64,000 nucleotides of DNA, from assembly GCA_965220965.1 (NCBI GenBank), contig OZ244852.1:1920001-1984000 (forward strand). Direction: 5' to 3'. Numbering within the stretch: position 1 is the first letter of the stretch; each line of letters opens with the position of its first letter. The position numbers and the translations under genes were made by a program. The notes under the pieces are model-generated. The model was not told the DNA's origin. It worked only from the letters and a program-made list of their open reading frames with translations, and made no database searches. This DNA is from Candidatus Marinacidobacterium sp. GTDB taxonomy: Bacteria > Acidobacteriota > Vicinamibacteria > Marinacidobacterales > Marinacidobacteraceae. Positions 56,123 through 64,000 of this stretch are shown one piece after another.

Positions 56123-56236
56123 TGCCGATTCGTCCGTTCCGCCCGGCGACGCCGGGGCGCTGATGATGGAGCCGTTCGGCCCCGGAAAACGCAAAAAACT
56201 ACCACAGGAGGCGGGCGCCGCAATCCGGCCCCGACC

Positions 56237-59200
56237 TCAGAAACCGAGGAGCTGATCCAGCGTCGCGAGCCGCCCGTTCCACACCACCGCGCGGACCCGG
56301 CGCAGGTTCGAAATGTCCTCGAGAGGATCCCCTTCGAGCAGCACCAGGTCGGCGAGCGCCCCGGGCGCCACCACGCCCAGCTCGCCCTCGAGGCCAAGCG
56401 CTTCGGCGGCCCCCACGGTAGCCGTCCGGATGGCGCCCGCGGGGCCGAGGCCGGCTTCGGAGAGCTGTTCCACCTCGATCACCAGACTTAGGCCGTAGGG
56501 AATGATCGGGGTGTCCGTCCCCGCCACGATCCGGCCCCCGGCGGCCGCCACCGACGCCACCGTGTCCCACATCGGCCGCAGCAGGGCGAGCCGCTCCTCC
56601 GGGTCGGCCGTCGGCGCCGGACCCGAAGTGAGCCGCTCGGTGATCCACGCCGGGAACGCGAGGAGGCGACGGTCGTCCATCAGCAACCGAGGCTCGCGGG
56701 CGAGCGCCAGATCCCATCCGCCGTAGATCAGCAGGGTCGGCGCGAAGTAAATCCCGGACTCGGCGAGGAGGGACCGCACGTCGCCGTAGGACCGGCCGAG
56801 ATCGGTCACCTTGGGGGAGTAACCCCGCCGAGACGTGCCCTTGATGTGCTCGACCCCATCGATTCCGAACCGGGCCGCCGGATACAGCTCGTGGGAGGAG
56901 ACGAACGCCCCGAGCGCCTGGGCCTCGCGGATCGCCTCGCGCTGGGTCTCGTCGTTCAGCCGCACGTAGGTCTTGACGACGTCGAATTCGAGTTCGCGCG
57001 CCTGCTGCAGCACGGAGTCCAGAACCCGGCCGCTGGTCCCGGCGTTGGCCCCCGGGTAGTAGATCCGGGTCCCGTCGATCACCGCCCCGCTGAGGAACAC
57101 CCGAGGCCCGACGCGGCGCCCGGCGAGGATGGACTCGCGCTCCTCCAGCACCCGGTAGGTGGACGCCGCCATGACGCGCACCGTGGTGACTCCGTAGACC
57201 AGGTGCGTCCGCCCGAAGCGGCCGCCGAAGGCGGGGCCCATCGGGTGGGTGTGCATCTCGATCAGGCCCGGCATGAGGACCGCGCCCTGTCCGCGGACGA
57301 GCCGGATGTCCTCGGACGGCTCGGCGCCCGTCGGTTCGACGGAGACGATCCGGCCGGCCTCCACCAGCACGTCCATCCCGGGCCGCGCCTCGCCGGCCTC
57401 GACATCGAGCACCCGGATGTCCTGGAAGAGGATCTGGCCCGAGGGACGGGACGCCTCGAACGAGTGCCGGAGGCGGATCGTCTCCGGGTCTCCTCCCCCG
57501 AGCGGAACGCGGAGGAGCTCCCCCGCCGAGAGGAACGTCAGCGACTCCGAGTCGGGCGCCCACGCCGGGAAGTCCACGGCCCCCTCGAAGAGCGTGCGGA
57601 GGGGTCCGGACGGCGAACCGTTGGCGTCGACCGGCAGGACGGCGAGGCCGCCGTCATGGGCGAACGCGAGGCTTCCCCCGTCCGGGGAGAACACCGGGCC
57701 GTCCCCGTCGCGCGTCCCGAAGCTGGCCGCCGGCTCCTCGATCAGCCGCGCCTCGCCGCTCGAGGCGGCGACCAGCGCGATCCGGTTCCGGCCTTCGCGG
57801 AACCTCGACGACCACGGCGCCAGGACCGAAACGGCGAGGGTGGTCCCGTCCGGCGACCAGCTCGGGGTCCCCAGCCCGCGATGCCCGGGGAACAGCGGGT
57901 CGTCCGAGGCGCCGACAGCGAGGCCCGGGCGCGCGTCGGCGGCCCGCTCGGTGACGTGCAGGTTCCCCTGTTCGTCGAGCCAGGCCAGCCGGGATCCGTC
58001 AGGCGACACCGACGGGCTCGTCTCGGCGCCGAAGCGCGCCGTCAACTGGACCATCCCCGCCCCCGGACCGGACCCGAGGCGCTTCTCCCAGATATCCATC
58101 GTCCCGCCCCGGTCGCTCGCGAAGACGATGCCCTGGCCATCGGGAAGCCACACCGGATCGGTGTCGAGCCAGTCGTCGCGGGTCTGGGGCGACGGGGCCT
58201 CGGATCCGTCGAGCGGCGCGGTCCAGATGTCGCCGAGCGCCGCGTAGACGAGCCGGGATCCATCCGGGCTGAGACTCGGCCGCACGATGCCGCGGACCGG
58301 GATGTCGCCCTCCAGCGCGGTCCGGATCTTCCCGGTCCGCACCGGCGGGCGCCGGACGCGGAACTCGACCGACATCGGCACCGTCAGCGGCGCCCCGGCG
58401 TCGACCCCGCCTTCCGCCTCCGGCGAACCCTCGGACAGCGCGAGACGGCGGATCTTCCCGTCCGCGGTGTAGACGATGTCCTCGCCGCTCCACTGCGGAC
58501 GGAACGGGAAGATGTCCTCCCCGGCCGCCGCCAGGATCCGCGGCGCCGCGGCGTCTTCGCCGGTCGCCAGGGAGACAGCGACCAGCTCGCTGGCGCTCCC
58601 CATGTCGAAGCGCGTCCCCATCAGGGTGAGGCCCTCGTAGTGGAGCCGCCGGAACACCAGCCGGGCGCCATCCGGGCTCACCGACGGAGCGGCGACCATC
58701 CCGGCGGTTCCGGGGACCGGGACGGGCGCCGCGCCATCCGCGAGCGCGAGATGGTGGACGGCCCCCTCGGCCTCCCCCTCCGGAACGGCCACGTAGACGA
58801 GCCCCTCCGGCGCTCCGTCGGCGCCGGGGACCCACGCCGGCTGGGACTCGTTGCCCAGCGAGCTTGTCACCTGCTCGACGCCCCCCGTCTCCCGGTCGAG
58901 GATCCAGATGTCGTAGGTTCCTCCGCGGTCCGACGCGAATGCGATCCGGGTTCCGTCGGGGGACCACGCGGGCTCCCGGTCGTCGAAGACGGTCCCGGTC
59001 AGCGCCGCCGGTTCGCCCCCGTCGAGCGGAACTTCCCACAGATCCCAGGTCCCGGCCCGGTAGCCCTGGACGACGACCCGGTCACCGTCCGGGTGGAAGT
59101 CGGGCAGACGCTCATCCCCGAGCCCGTCGGTGAGGGCCTCCGCGGTTCCGCCGGCGGCCGGCAGCCGCCAGAGCGTTCCCTGCAGGTCCAGAACGAGGGT

Positions 59201-59350
59201 CTCGCCATCGGGGGACACCGCGACCGCGAAGCTCGTCCCTTCCTCGACCCGCACGGGCCGTTCCGCCTCCTGCCCGATCGCCGGAAGCGCCGCGAGGAGG
59301 ACCACCGCGAGGAGGCCCGCAACCCTCCGGATCAGGGAAGACCGACACAT
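56237..59350 (-). CDS. Secreted amidohydrolase with PD40/TolB-like beta-propeller repeats
   Basis: Signal peptide; many (W/F)SPDG repeats; PGLIEMHTH, GVTTVR, KTY, EHI, AGTD and G.LADLV motifs. Confidence 0.9.
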   Translation of the reverse strand: MCRSSLIRRVAGLLAVVLLAALPAIGQEAERPVRVEEGTSFAVAVSPDGETLVLDLQGTLWRLPAAGGTAEALTDGLGDERLPDFHPDGDRVVVQGYRAGTWDLWEVPLDGGEPAALTGTVFDDREPAWSPDGTRIAFASDRGGTYDIWILDRETGGVEQVTSSLGNESQPAWVPGADGAPEGLVYVAVPEGEAEGAVHHLALADGAAPVPVPGTAGMVAAPSVSPDGARLVFRRLHYEGLTLMGTRFDMGSASELVAVSLATGEDAAAPRILAAAGEDIFPFRPQWSGEDIVYTADGKIRRLALSEGSPEAEGGVDAGAPLTVPMSVEFRVRRPPVRTGKIRTALEGDIPVRGIVRPSLSPDGSRLVYAALGDIWTAPLDGSEAPSPQTRDDWLDTDPVWLPDGQGIVFASDRGGTMDIWEKRLGSGPGAGMVQLTARFGAETSPSVSPDGSRLAWLDEQGNLHVTERAADARPGLAVGASDDPLFPGHRGLGTPSWSPDGTTLAVSVLAPWSSRFREGRNRIALVAASSGEARLIEEPAASFGTRDGDGPVFSPDGGSLAFAHDGGLAVLPVDANGSPSGPLRTLFEGAVDFPAWAPDSESLTFLSAGELLRVPLGGGDPETIRLRHSFEASRPSGQILFQDIRVLDVEAGEARPGMDVLVEAGRIVSVEPTGAEPSEDIRLVRGQGAVLMPGLIEMHTHPMGPAFGGRFGRTHLVYGVTTVRVMAASTYRVLEERESILAGRRVGPRVFLSGAVIDGTRIYYPGANAGTSGRVLDSVLQQARELEFDVVKTYVRLNDETQREAIREAQALGAFVSSHELYPAARFGIDGVEHIKGTSRRGYSPKVTDLGRSYGDVRSLLAESGIYFAPTLLIYGGWDLALAREPRLLMDDRRLLAFPAWITERLTSGPAPTADPEERLALLRPMWDTVASVAAAGGRIVAGTDTPIIPYGLSLVIEVEQLSEAGLGPAGAIRTATVGAAEALGLEGELGVVAPGALADLVLLEGDPLEDISNLRRVRAVVWNGRLATLDQLLGF

Positions 59351-59407
59351 GCCGCCGATCCTAAACGAAGCCGGAGCGGCCGGGTTCCCGGATATGTTCT
59401 CTCCGCC

Positions 59408-60610
59408 ATGCCGTCCCGCTCCCGCCTCCATGCCCTGTTCGCCGTCGCCGGGGTCGCGGCGAGCCTGCTCCTCGGCGCCTGCGCGCCCGACCCGCAAACC
59501 CCGGCCCCGTCCACGCCGTCCGAGGCGGCGGCGGCCGCCGCCAGCGAGGCGCGGGGGGTCATCGAGGCGGACGGACGCGGCGGCGCCGCGTTCGGCGTGT
59601 TCCTCGGGGGCCAGCCGCTGGTCGCCGAGGGGTTCGGGTTCGCAGACGAGGCGCGAATGGTTCCGGTCATGGCGGGCCACCTGTTCCGGATCGGCTCGAT
59701 CACCAAGCCGGTGACCGCGATGGCCATGCTGCGGCTCGTCCACGAGGGAAGAGCGCGGCTGGGGGATCCGGTGGCTTCGCTGGTCCCCGAGCTGAGCCAG
59801 GTCTCCAACCCGTTCGCGCACACCCCGGGACCGACGCTCTTCCAGTTGGCCACCATGACGGGCGGGCTGGCGCGCGAGCCGGCGAATCTTCCCGACTATC
59901 TGGTCGGATCCCCCGAGGCGTGGAAGGAGGTGGCCTTCCGGGCGCTCCGGGAGACGTCCTTCGAATACGAGCCCGGAACCCGCTACCAGTACTCGAACAT
60001 CGGCTACGCGGTGCTCGGGGCGGCCGTCGAGCAGGCCGCCGGGGAGCCGTTCCTGCGCTACGTCGCCGACGAGCTTCTCGGGCCGCTGGGCATGGAGTCC
60101 ACCGTGTTCTTCCCGACGGCGGTGGTGGAGGACCGGATTGCGGAAGGCGCTTCGGTCGTCGAGGATGGCCTCGACTTCGAGCAGCCCGCGCGCGAGCACG
60201 AAGGCCGCGGCTACAAGGTCCCGAACGGGGCGCTCTATTCGACGGCTGCCGACCTCGATCGTTTCCTGCGGTTCCTCACCGGCGCTGAAGGCGAGCCGTT
60301 CGATGGCGTCATCCCCTCCGAAGTGCGCCTGGACAACCTCACCCGGGCGTTCGCCGCCGGGGATCTATCGAGCGGCTACGGCTTCGGCTTCATGACGCGG
60401 AGGCTCGAGGACGCGGACGGCGCCCCGTTCACCGCCTACGGCCATGGCGGCAGCGTCGCCGGCTACCGGGCGGCGGCGTGGATCGAGCCCGAATCGGGCG
60501 TGTCGGCGGTGGTCCTGCGCAACGTGGGCGGCGACGGGATCTCGCTCGCCGACCTCGCCGCCTCGGCGCTCTCGAGGGTCGTGGCCGCGGCCCGCGCGAA
60601 GGATCGGTAG
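59408..60610 (+). CDS. Serine hydrolase (beta-lactamase/AmpC-like) lipoprotein
   Basis: Lipobox LGAC; FRIGSITK (SxxK), YSN, HGG, PLGM.ST. Confidence 0.9.
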   Translation: MPSRSRLHALFAVAGVAASLLLGACAPDPQTPAPSTPSEAAAAAASEARGVIEADGRGGAAFGVFLGGQPLVAEGFGFADEARMVPVMAGHLFRIGSITKPVTAMAMLRLVHEGRARLGDPVASLVPELSQVSNPFAHTPGPTLFQLATMTGGLAREPANLPDYLVGSPEAWKEVAFRALRETSFEYEPGTRYQYSNIGYAVLGAAVEQAAGEPFLRYVADELLGPLGMESTVFFPTAVVEDRIAEGASVVEDGLDFEQPAREHEGRGYKVPNGALYSTAADLDRFLRFLTGAEGEPFDGVIPSEVRLDNLTRAFAAGDLSSGYGFGFMTRRLEDADGAPFTAYGHGGSVAGYRAAAWIEPESGVSAVVLRNVGGDGISLADLAASALSRVVAAARAKDR

Positions 60611-60613
60611 CCC

Positions 60614-61513
60614 TCAGTCCCGGGGCAGCGGGGCGAGACCCGCCTCCGCCAACCGCAGCACGCGGCGCGCCTGGCGCCGATGCAGCTCCTCGATGAGCTC
60701 GCCGTCGAGTTCCGCGACGCTCTCCCCCCGGGCCTCGGCGGCCGCAACGACGCGGACGACGGCTTCCGCCCAGGCCCGCTGCTCGGGCGACGGCGCGAAG
60801 GCTTCGTGGATCCCCCGGATCTGCGATGGATGGACTGCGGACTTCCCGTCGAACCCGAGGGCGAACGCCCCCCGGGCGCTTCGCCGCAGGCCTTCGGGAT
60901 CGCGGAACCGGAACCAGGGAGCGTCCCAGACCCCGATCCCGGCGGCGCGGGCGGCGAGCACGAGGCGGGCGCGCGTGAAGGCGAGTTCCGACTCGTCGGC
61001 GGAAACGCTGGCGCCGAGGCTCAGCCGGTAGTCGGCGGAGCCGAAGACGAGCCCTTGGACCTCGGGCCCGGCCGCGAGATCGAAGACGCCCGCCGCCCCC
61101 CGCGCGGTCTCGACCATCAGCCAGAGCGGCGGCCCTCCTGCGAGCGCGCCGCGGGCGGCCTGAACAACGGCGACCGATTCAACCTTGGGGAGCAGCACCG
61201 CATCGAGCTCCAACCCGCGGACCGCTTCAAGGTCCCGTTCTCCCTCCGGCGTGTCCGGCGGGTTCACCCGGACCACCACCCGCGAGTCCCCGGACGCGGC
61301 CCGCTCCACCGAGCGCGCGAGGCCCTCCCGCGCCGCCTCCTTGTGTCCCGGGTGGACGCCGTCCTCGAGGTCGAGCACCACGACATCGGCCCCTCGCGTC
61401 CCCGCCTTGTCCACCATCCGGCGGTTCGACGCCGGGACGTAGAGCAGCGAGCGCGGACGCAGCTTCGGAACCGGCGGAACCGCCCGCGAAGAGGCGTCGT
61501 TAGGGGGAGTCAT
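60614..61513 (-). CDS. CitE/HpcH-family CoA-ester lyase
   Basis: RSLLYVPA, ADVVVLDLEDGV, VRVN, LPKVES, MVET, FGSADY, GFDGK.AVHPSQ and LDGELIE motifs. Confidence 0.92.
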   Translation of the reverse strand: MTPPNDASSRAVPPVPKLRPRSLLYVPASNRRMVDKAGTRGADVVVLDLEDGVHPGHKEAAREGLARSVERAASGDSRVVVRVNPPDTPEGERDLEAVRGLELDAVLLPKVESVAVVQAARGALAGGPPLWLMVETARGAAGVFDLAAGPEVQGLVFGSADYRLSLGASVSADESELAFTRARLVLAARAAGIGVWDAPWFRFRDPEGLRRSARGAFALGFDGKSAVHPSQIRGIHEAFAPSPEQRAWAEAVVRVVAAAEARGESVAELDGELIEELHRRQARRVLRLAEAGLAPLPRD

Positions 61514-62093
61514 GCTCAACAGCGCTCATTCTGCAACGGATTCCCCGCTCCGCCGGAAATGGCTTCCAGCCCTGTCGGTCGCGGCGGCGCTCGGGCTCGC
61601 CGCCCCGGCGGCGGCGCAACCGGATTCGCCGTGGCTCCACGTCCGGGTCCACGACGAGTCGGGCAACGCCAAGGTCGAGGTAAACCTGCCGCTGGCCGCG
61701 GTCGAGGCGCTCTCCGGCGCGATGGCGGAGGAGGCCCTTCGCGACGCCCTCGGGAGCGAAGCCGACGCCGACGAGCCCCGTCCGGACTTCGAGGACCTGC
61801 GCGCGCTCTGGCGGGCGCTCCGCGCCGAGCCCGGGGCCTGGGTCTCGGTGGACGATGACGACGGCCAGCTTCGCGCCCGGATGGAGGGCGACGAGGTGAG
61901 GATCACCGCCGCCGGGGACGACGGCTCGTTGAACATCCGCTTCCCGACCGCGGTCGGGGACGCGCTCTTCGAGGAGGGCCGGGAAGACATCGACTTCGCC
62001 GCTGCGGTGCGCCGCCTGCAGGACCACGACGGCGACCTGGTGGTGGTGGACGGCGACGACGGCGGCGTCCGGATCTGGATCGGTCCGCAGTAG
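61512..62093 (+). CDS. Secreted hypothetical protein
   Basis: RBS GGGGAG; signal peptide ending AAA-Q; GC-rich third codon positions. Confidence 0.7.
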   Translation: MLNSAHSATDSPLRRKWLPALSVAAALGLAAPAAAQPDSPWLHVRVHDESGNAKVEVNLPLAAVEALSGAMAEEALRDALGSEADADEPRPDFEDLRALWRALRAEPGAWVSVDDDDGQLRARMEGDEVRITAAGDDGSLNIRFPTAVGDALFEEGREDIDFAAAVRRLQDHDGDLVVVDGDDGGVRIWIGPQ

Positions 62094-62097
62094 AGCG

Positions 62098-62688
62098 ATG
62101 CTCCGTCTCCTCGGCGTTCTCGCCATCGCGGCGCTGGCCGCCGCTCTGCTCTTCGGCGCCTGCCTCGCGGCCTGCGGCGTGGCCGTGGTCTCGGTCGCCT
62201 CGGACGAGACCCCGCGCATCGTGGCGCCGGTCCCGCTCTTCCTGCCGCTCGCCGCGCTCGAGGTCCTTCCGGACGATGTCCTCGGAGAAAAAATCCTGCT
62301 CGAGTTGAAGGACCGCGAGGGCGCCGCGCTCGCTGCGGTTCAGGCGGTGCTCGCGAGCCTCGAGGGAGCGGAAGACGCGACGCTGGTCCACGTGACCGAG
62401 GGCGACACCGAAGTGCTCATCGCGGTGGAGGCGGAGGATCTGGTGGCGCGCATCCGGGAAGAGGGCGCGGACACCCGGGTGTTCCTCCGGGCGCCGATCC
62501 GCGCCCTGGCGGAAGCGGTGGCGGCCTGCGACCCGGCGCCCGACGCGACCTCGGACTCCGGACCGGAGCGCTCCGCTGCGGTCCGCTGCGACCGGCGGGC
62601 GCTGGCCCGCGGTCTCATCCGGTTCGCCCGGGGGACGGAGATCGAAGTCCGCGACGGGGAAACGCGCGTGGACATCTCGATCTGGTAG
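62098..62688 (+). CDS. Membrane-anchored hypothetical protein, paralogue-like of the upstream gene
   Basis: N-terminal hydrophobic helix; LPLAALEVL and C-terminal V.I.I pattern shared with the upstream ORF. Confidence 0.7.
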   Translation: MLRLLGVLAIAALAAALLFGACLAACGVAVVSVASDETPRIVAPVPLFLPLAALEVLPDDVLGEKILLELKDREGAALAAVQAVLASLEGAEDATLVHVTEGDTEVLIAVEAEDLVARIREEGADTRVFLRAPIRALAEAVAACDPAPDATSDSGPERSAAVRCDRRALARGLIRFARGTEIEVRDGETRVDISIW

Positions 62689-62740
62689 GGCGCGCCCGTC
62701 CGGGGCCGCCCTCCGGCGGATAAACTCCGCGTAAAGGGCC

Positions 62741-64000
62741 ATGAATACGCGCGATTCGATCCGCCGGGTGGCGGGTCTGGCGGGAGTCGCGCTGACAGCG
62801 TTCGTCGGGGCCGGCCTCGCGCTGGAAAATCCCCAGGGGGCGGGCCCGGAGGAGCGCAAGGTCCCAAGAGAGCGTCCGGAAGAGCACCCGGAACAACGGA
62901 ATGTCGCGGAGGAGTCCGGCCGCGACGCGGTCCTGGACCGTCTCCAGCAGGATCTGGCCAGCCAGAGCCTGGCGCCGGGGGGCGCCGGCGGGGACGGCGG
63001 AGGCGGCGCCCCGAACCTCCCGGGGCCTCCGGTGATGTCGCCGACGGCTGACGAGCTCCGGAACATGACGCGCGAGGAGCGGGTCCGCGCGCTGGAAGCC
63101 CGGACCTGGGAGATCTACGCCGCCCCCGTCCCGGACGGGATCGATGTGGACGGGAGCCTCGACGAGGCGGCCTGGGAGCAGGCGATCCCGATCGGGGACT
63201 TCTACGAGCGGGAGACCCGCGAGGGCCTCCCCTCCACCGAATCGACGATCGTCCGGATCCTCTACGACGACGAGAACCTCTACTTCGGCTTCTACTGCAC
63301 GCTGGAGAACGCCGAGGCCAACCGCCCGCGCACGATGTTCCGGGACGAGAACATCGGCAGCGATGACGCGGTGGCGATCCTGCTGGACGCCTACAACGAC
63401 CAGCGAAGCGCCGTCTTCCTCGCGACGAACGCCAACGGCATCCTGTTCGACATGAGCCAGAACGGCCAGAACGAGAGAACGCGCAACCTGGACTGGGACA
63501 TGGTCTGGGAAGCGCGGGGGCGCACGTTTCCCTGGGGATGGACCTCGGAAGTCCGGGTGCCGTTCAAGTCGCTCCGCTTCCGCCCGTCGGAGCCCGGCGA
63601 ACCGGTCGTCTTCGGCGTGGGCTTCAAGCGGAACATCCCCCAGAAGAAGGAGGAGGTCTACTGGCCCTTCGTCTCGAACGACTCCACCTGGTACCGCCCG
63701 GCGGAGCTCGGCAAGCTGCGCGGGATGACCGGGATCCAGCCGGGACGCAACCTCGAGATCCGGCCGTTTGCGGCCGGGGGCCTCGACGGCGGAGGCGAGT
63801 GGGAAGGCGAGGGGCAGCGGTTCGACGGCGGCCTCGACATGAAGTGGGGCGTGACTCCCGGGTTGACCGCCGACTTCACCTGGAACACCGACTTCGCCCA
63901 GGAAGAGGTCGACGATCTGCAGCTCAACTTCACCCGCTTCTCGCTCCGTTTCCCGGAGAAGCGGCAGATCTTCCTCGAGGGCCAGCGCAACTTCACCTTC
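62741..64000 (+). CDS. DUF5916 / CBM9-like outer-membrane protein (3' end outside window)
   Basis: Own translation: signal peptide, IDVDGSLDEAAW, VRILYDDENLYFG, EVRVPFKSLRF and NTDFAQ...TRFSLRFPEKRQIFLEG; frame open to the window end. Confidence 0.88.
   Translation, partial: MNTRDSIRRVAGLAGVALTAFVGAGLALENPQGAGPEERKVPRERPEEHPEQRNVAEESGRDAVLDRLQQDLASQSLAPGGAGGDGGGGAPNLPGPPVMSPTADELRNMTREERVRALEARTWEIYAAPVPDGIDVDGSLDEAAWEQAIPIGDFYERETREGLPSTESTIVRILYDDENLYFGFYCTLENAEANRPRTMFRDENIGSDDAVAILLDAYNDQRSAVFLATNANGILFDMSQNGQNERTRNLDWDMVWEARGRTFPWGWTSEVRVPFKSLRFRPSEPGEPVVFGVGFKRNIPQKKEEVYWPFVSNDSTWYRPAELGKLRGMTGIQPGRNLEIRPFAAGGLDGGGEWEGEGQRFDGGLDMKWGVTPGLTADFTWNTDFAQEEVDDLQLNFTRFSLRFPEKRQIFLEGQRNFTF

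Noticed and set aside
56237-60610. Apparent giant overlapping ORFs of 1320 aa (-) and 1254 aa (+)
   Set aside because: Each is a real gene (amidohydrolase from 59350, serine hydrolase from 59408) extended upstream through the antisense of the other; signal peptides mark the true starts.

Overview
A GC-rich (roughly 70%), gene-dense stretch of bacterial core chromosome. The gene families (VWFA-related domain protein, DUF5916, PD40-amidohydrolase, split b6-type bc complex, split Fo operon) suggest Acidobacteriota; this is inference. In order it carries trpDCFBA plus a DAHP-synthase homologue, a HEAT protein, a Rieske/cyt b6/subunit IV/octaheme cyt c complex directly followed by an A1 heme-copper oxidase operon, accessory and periplasmic genes, rpoZ, peptidases, pta, a STAS protein, a degenerate GT4, GH20, rpiA, an osmoprotectant ABC transporter, a stand-alone nuoL-nuoM-atpZ-atpI-atpB-atpE unit, mtnA, a 2-oxoacid:ferredoxin oxidoreductase, pdxST, a degenerate sigma54 activator, pal, pyrKDF, a GspE/PilB ATPase, HU and several secreted hydrolases. 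I saw no tRNA, rRNA, CRISPR array or mobile element. The strongest signals are three. (1) NuoL has an exact 26-aa duplication in its amphipathic helix (the 2M complex I signature) and is encoded with a single NuoM, its own predicted promoter and the Fo genes, with no other nuo gene. (2) Several intact ORFs have lost key residues: DAHP synthase, the sigma54 activator, the GT4, and HU (intercalating Pro). (3) There are candidate structured RNAs upstream of rpoZ, the STAS gene and trpD. All calls come from reading motifs by eye; no database search was run.
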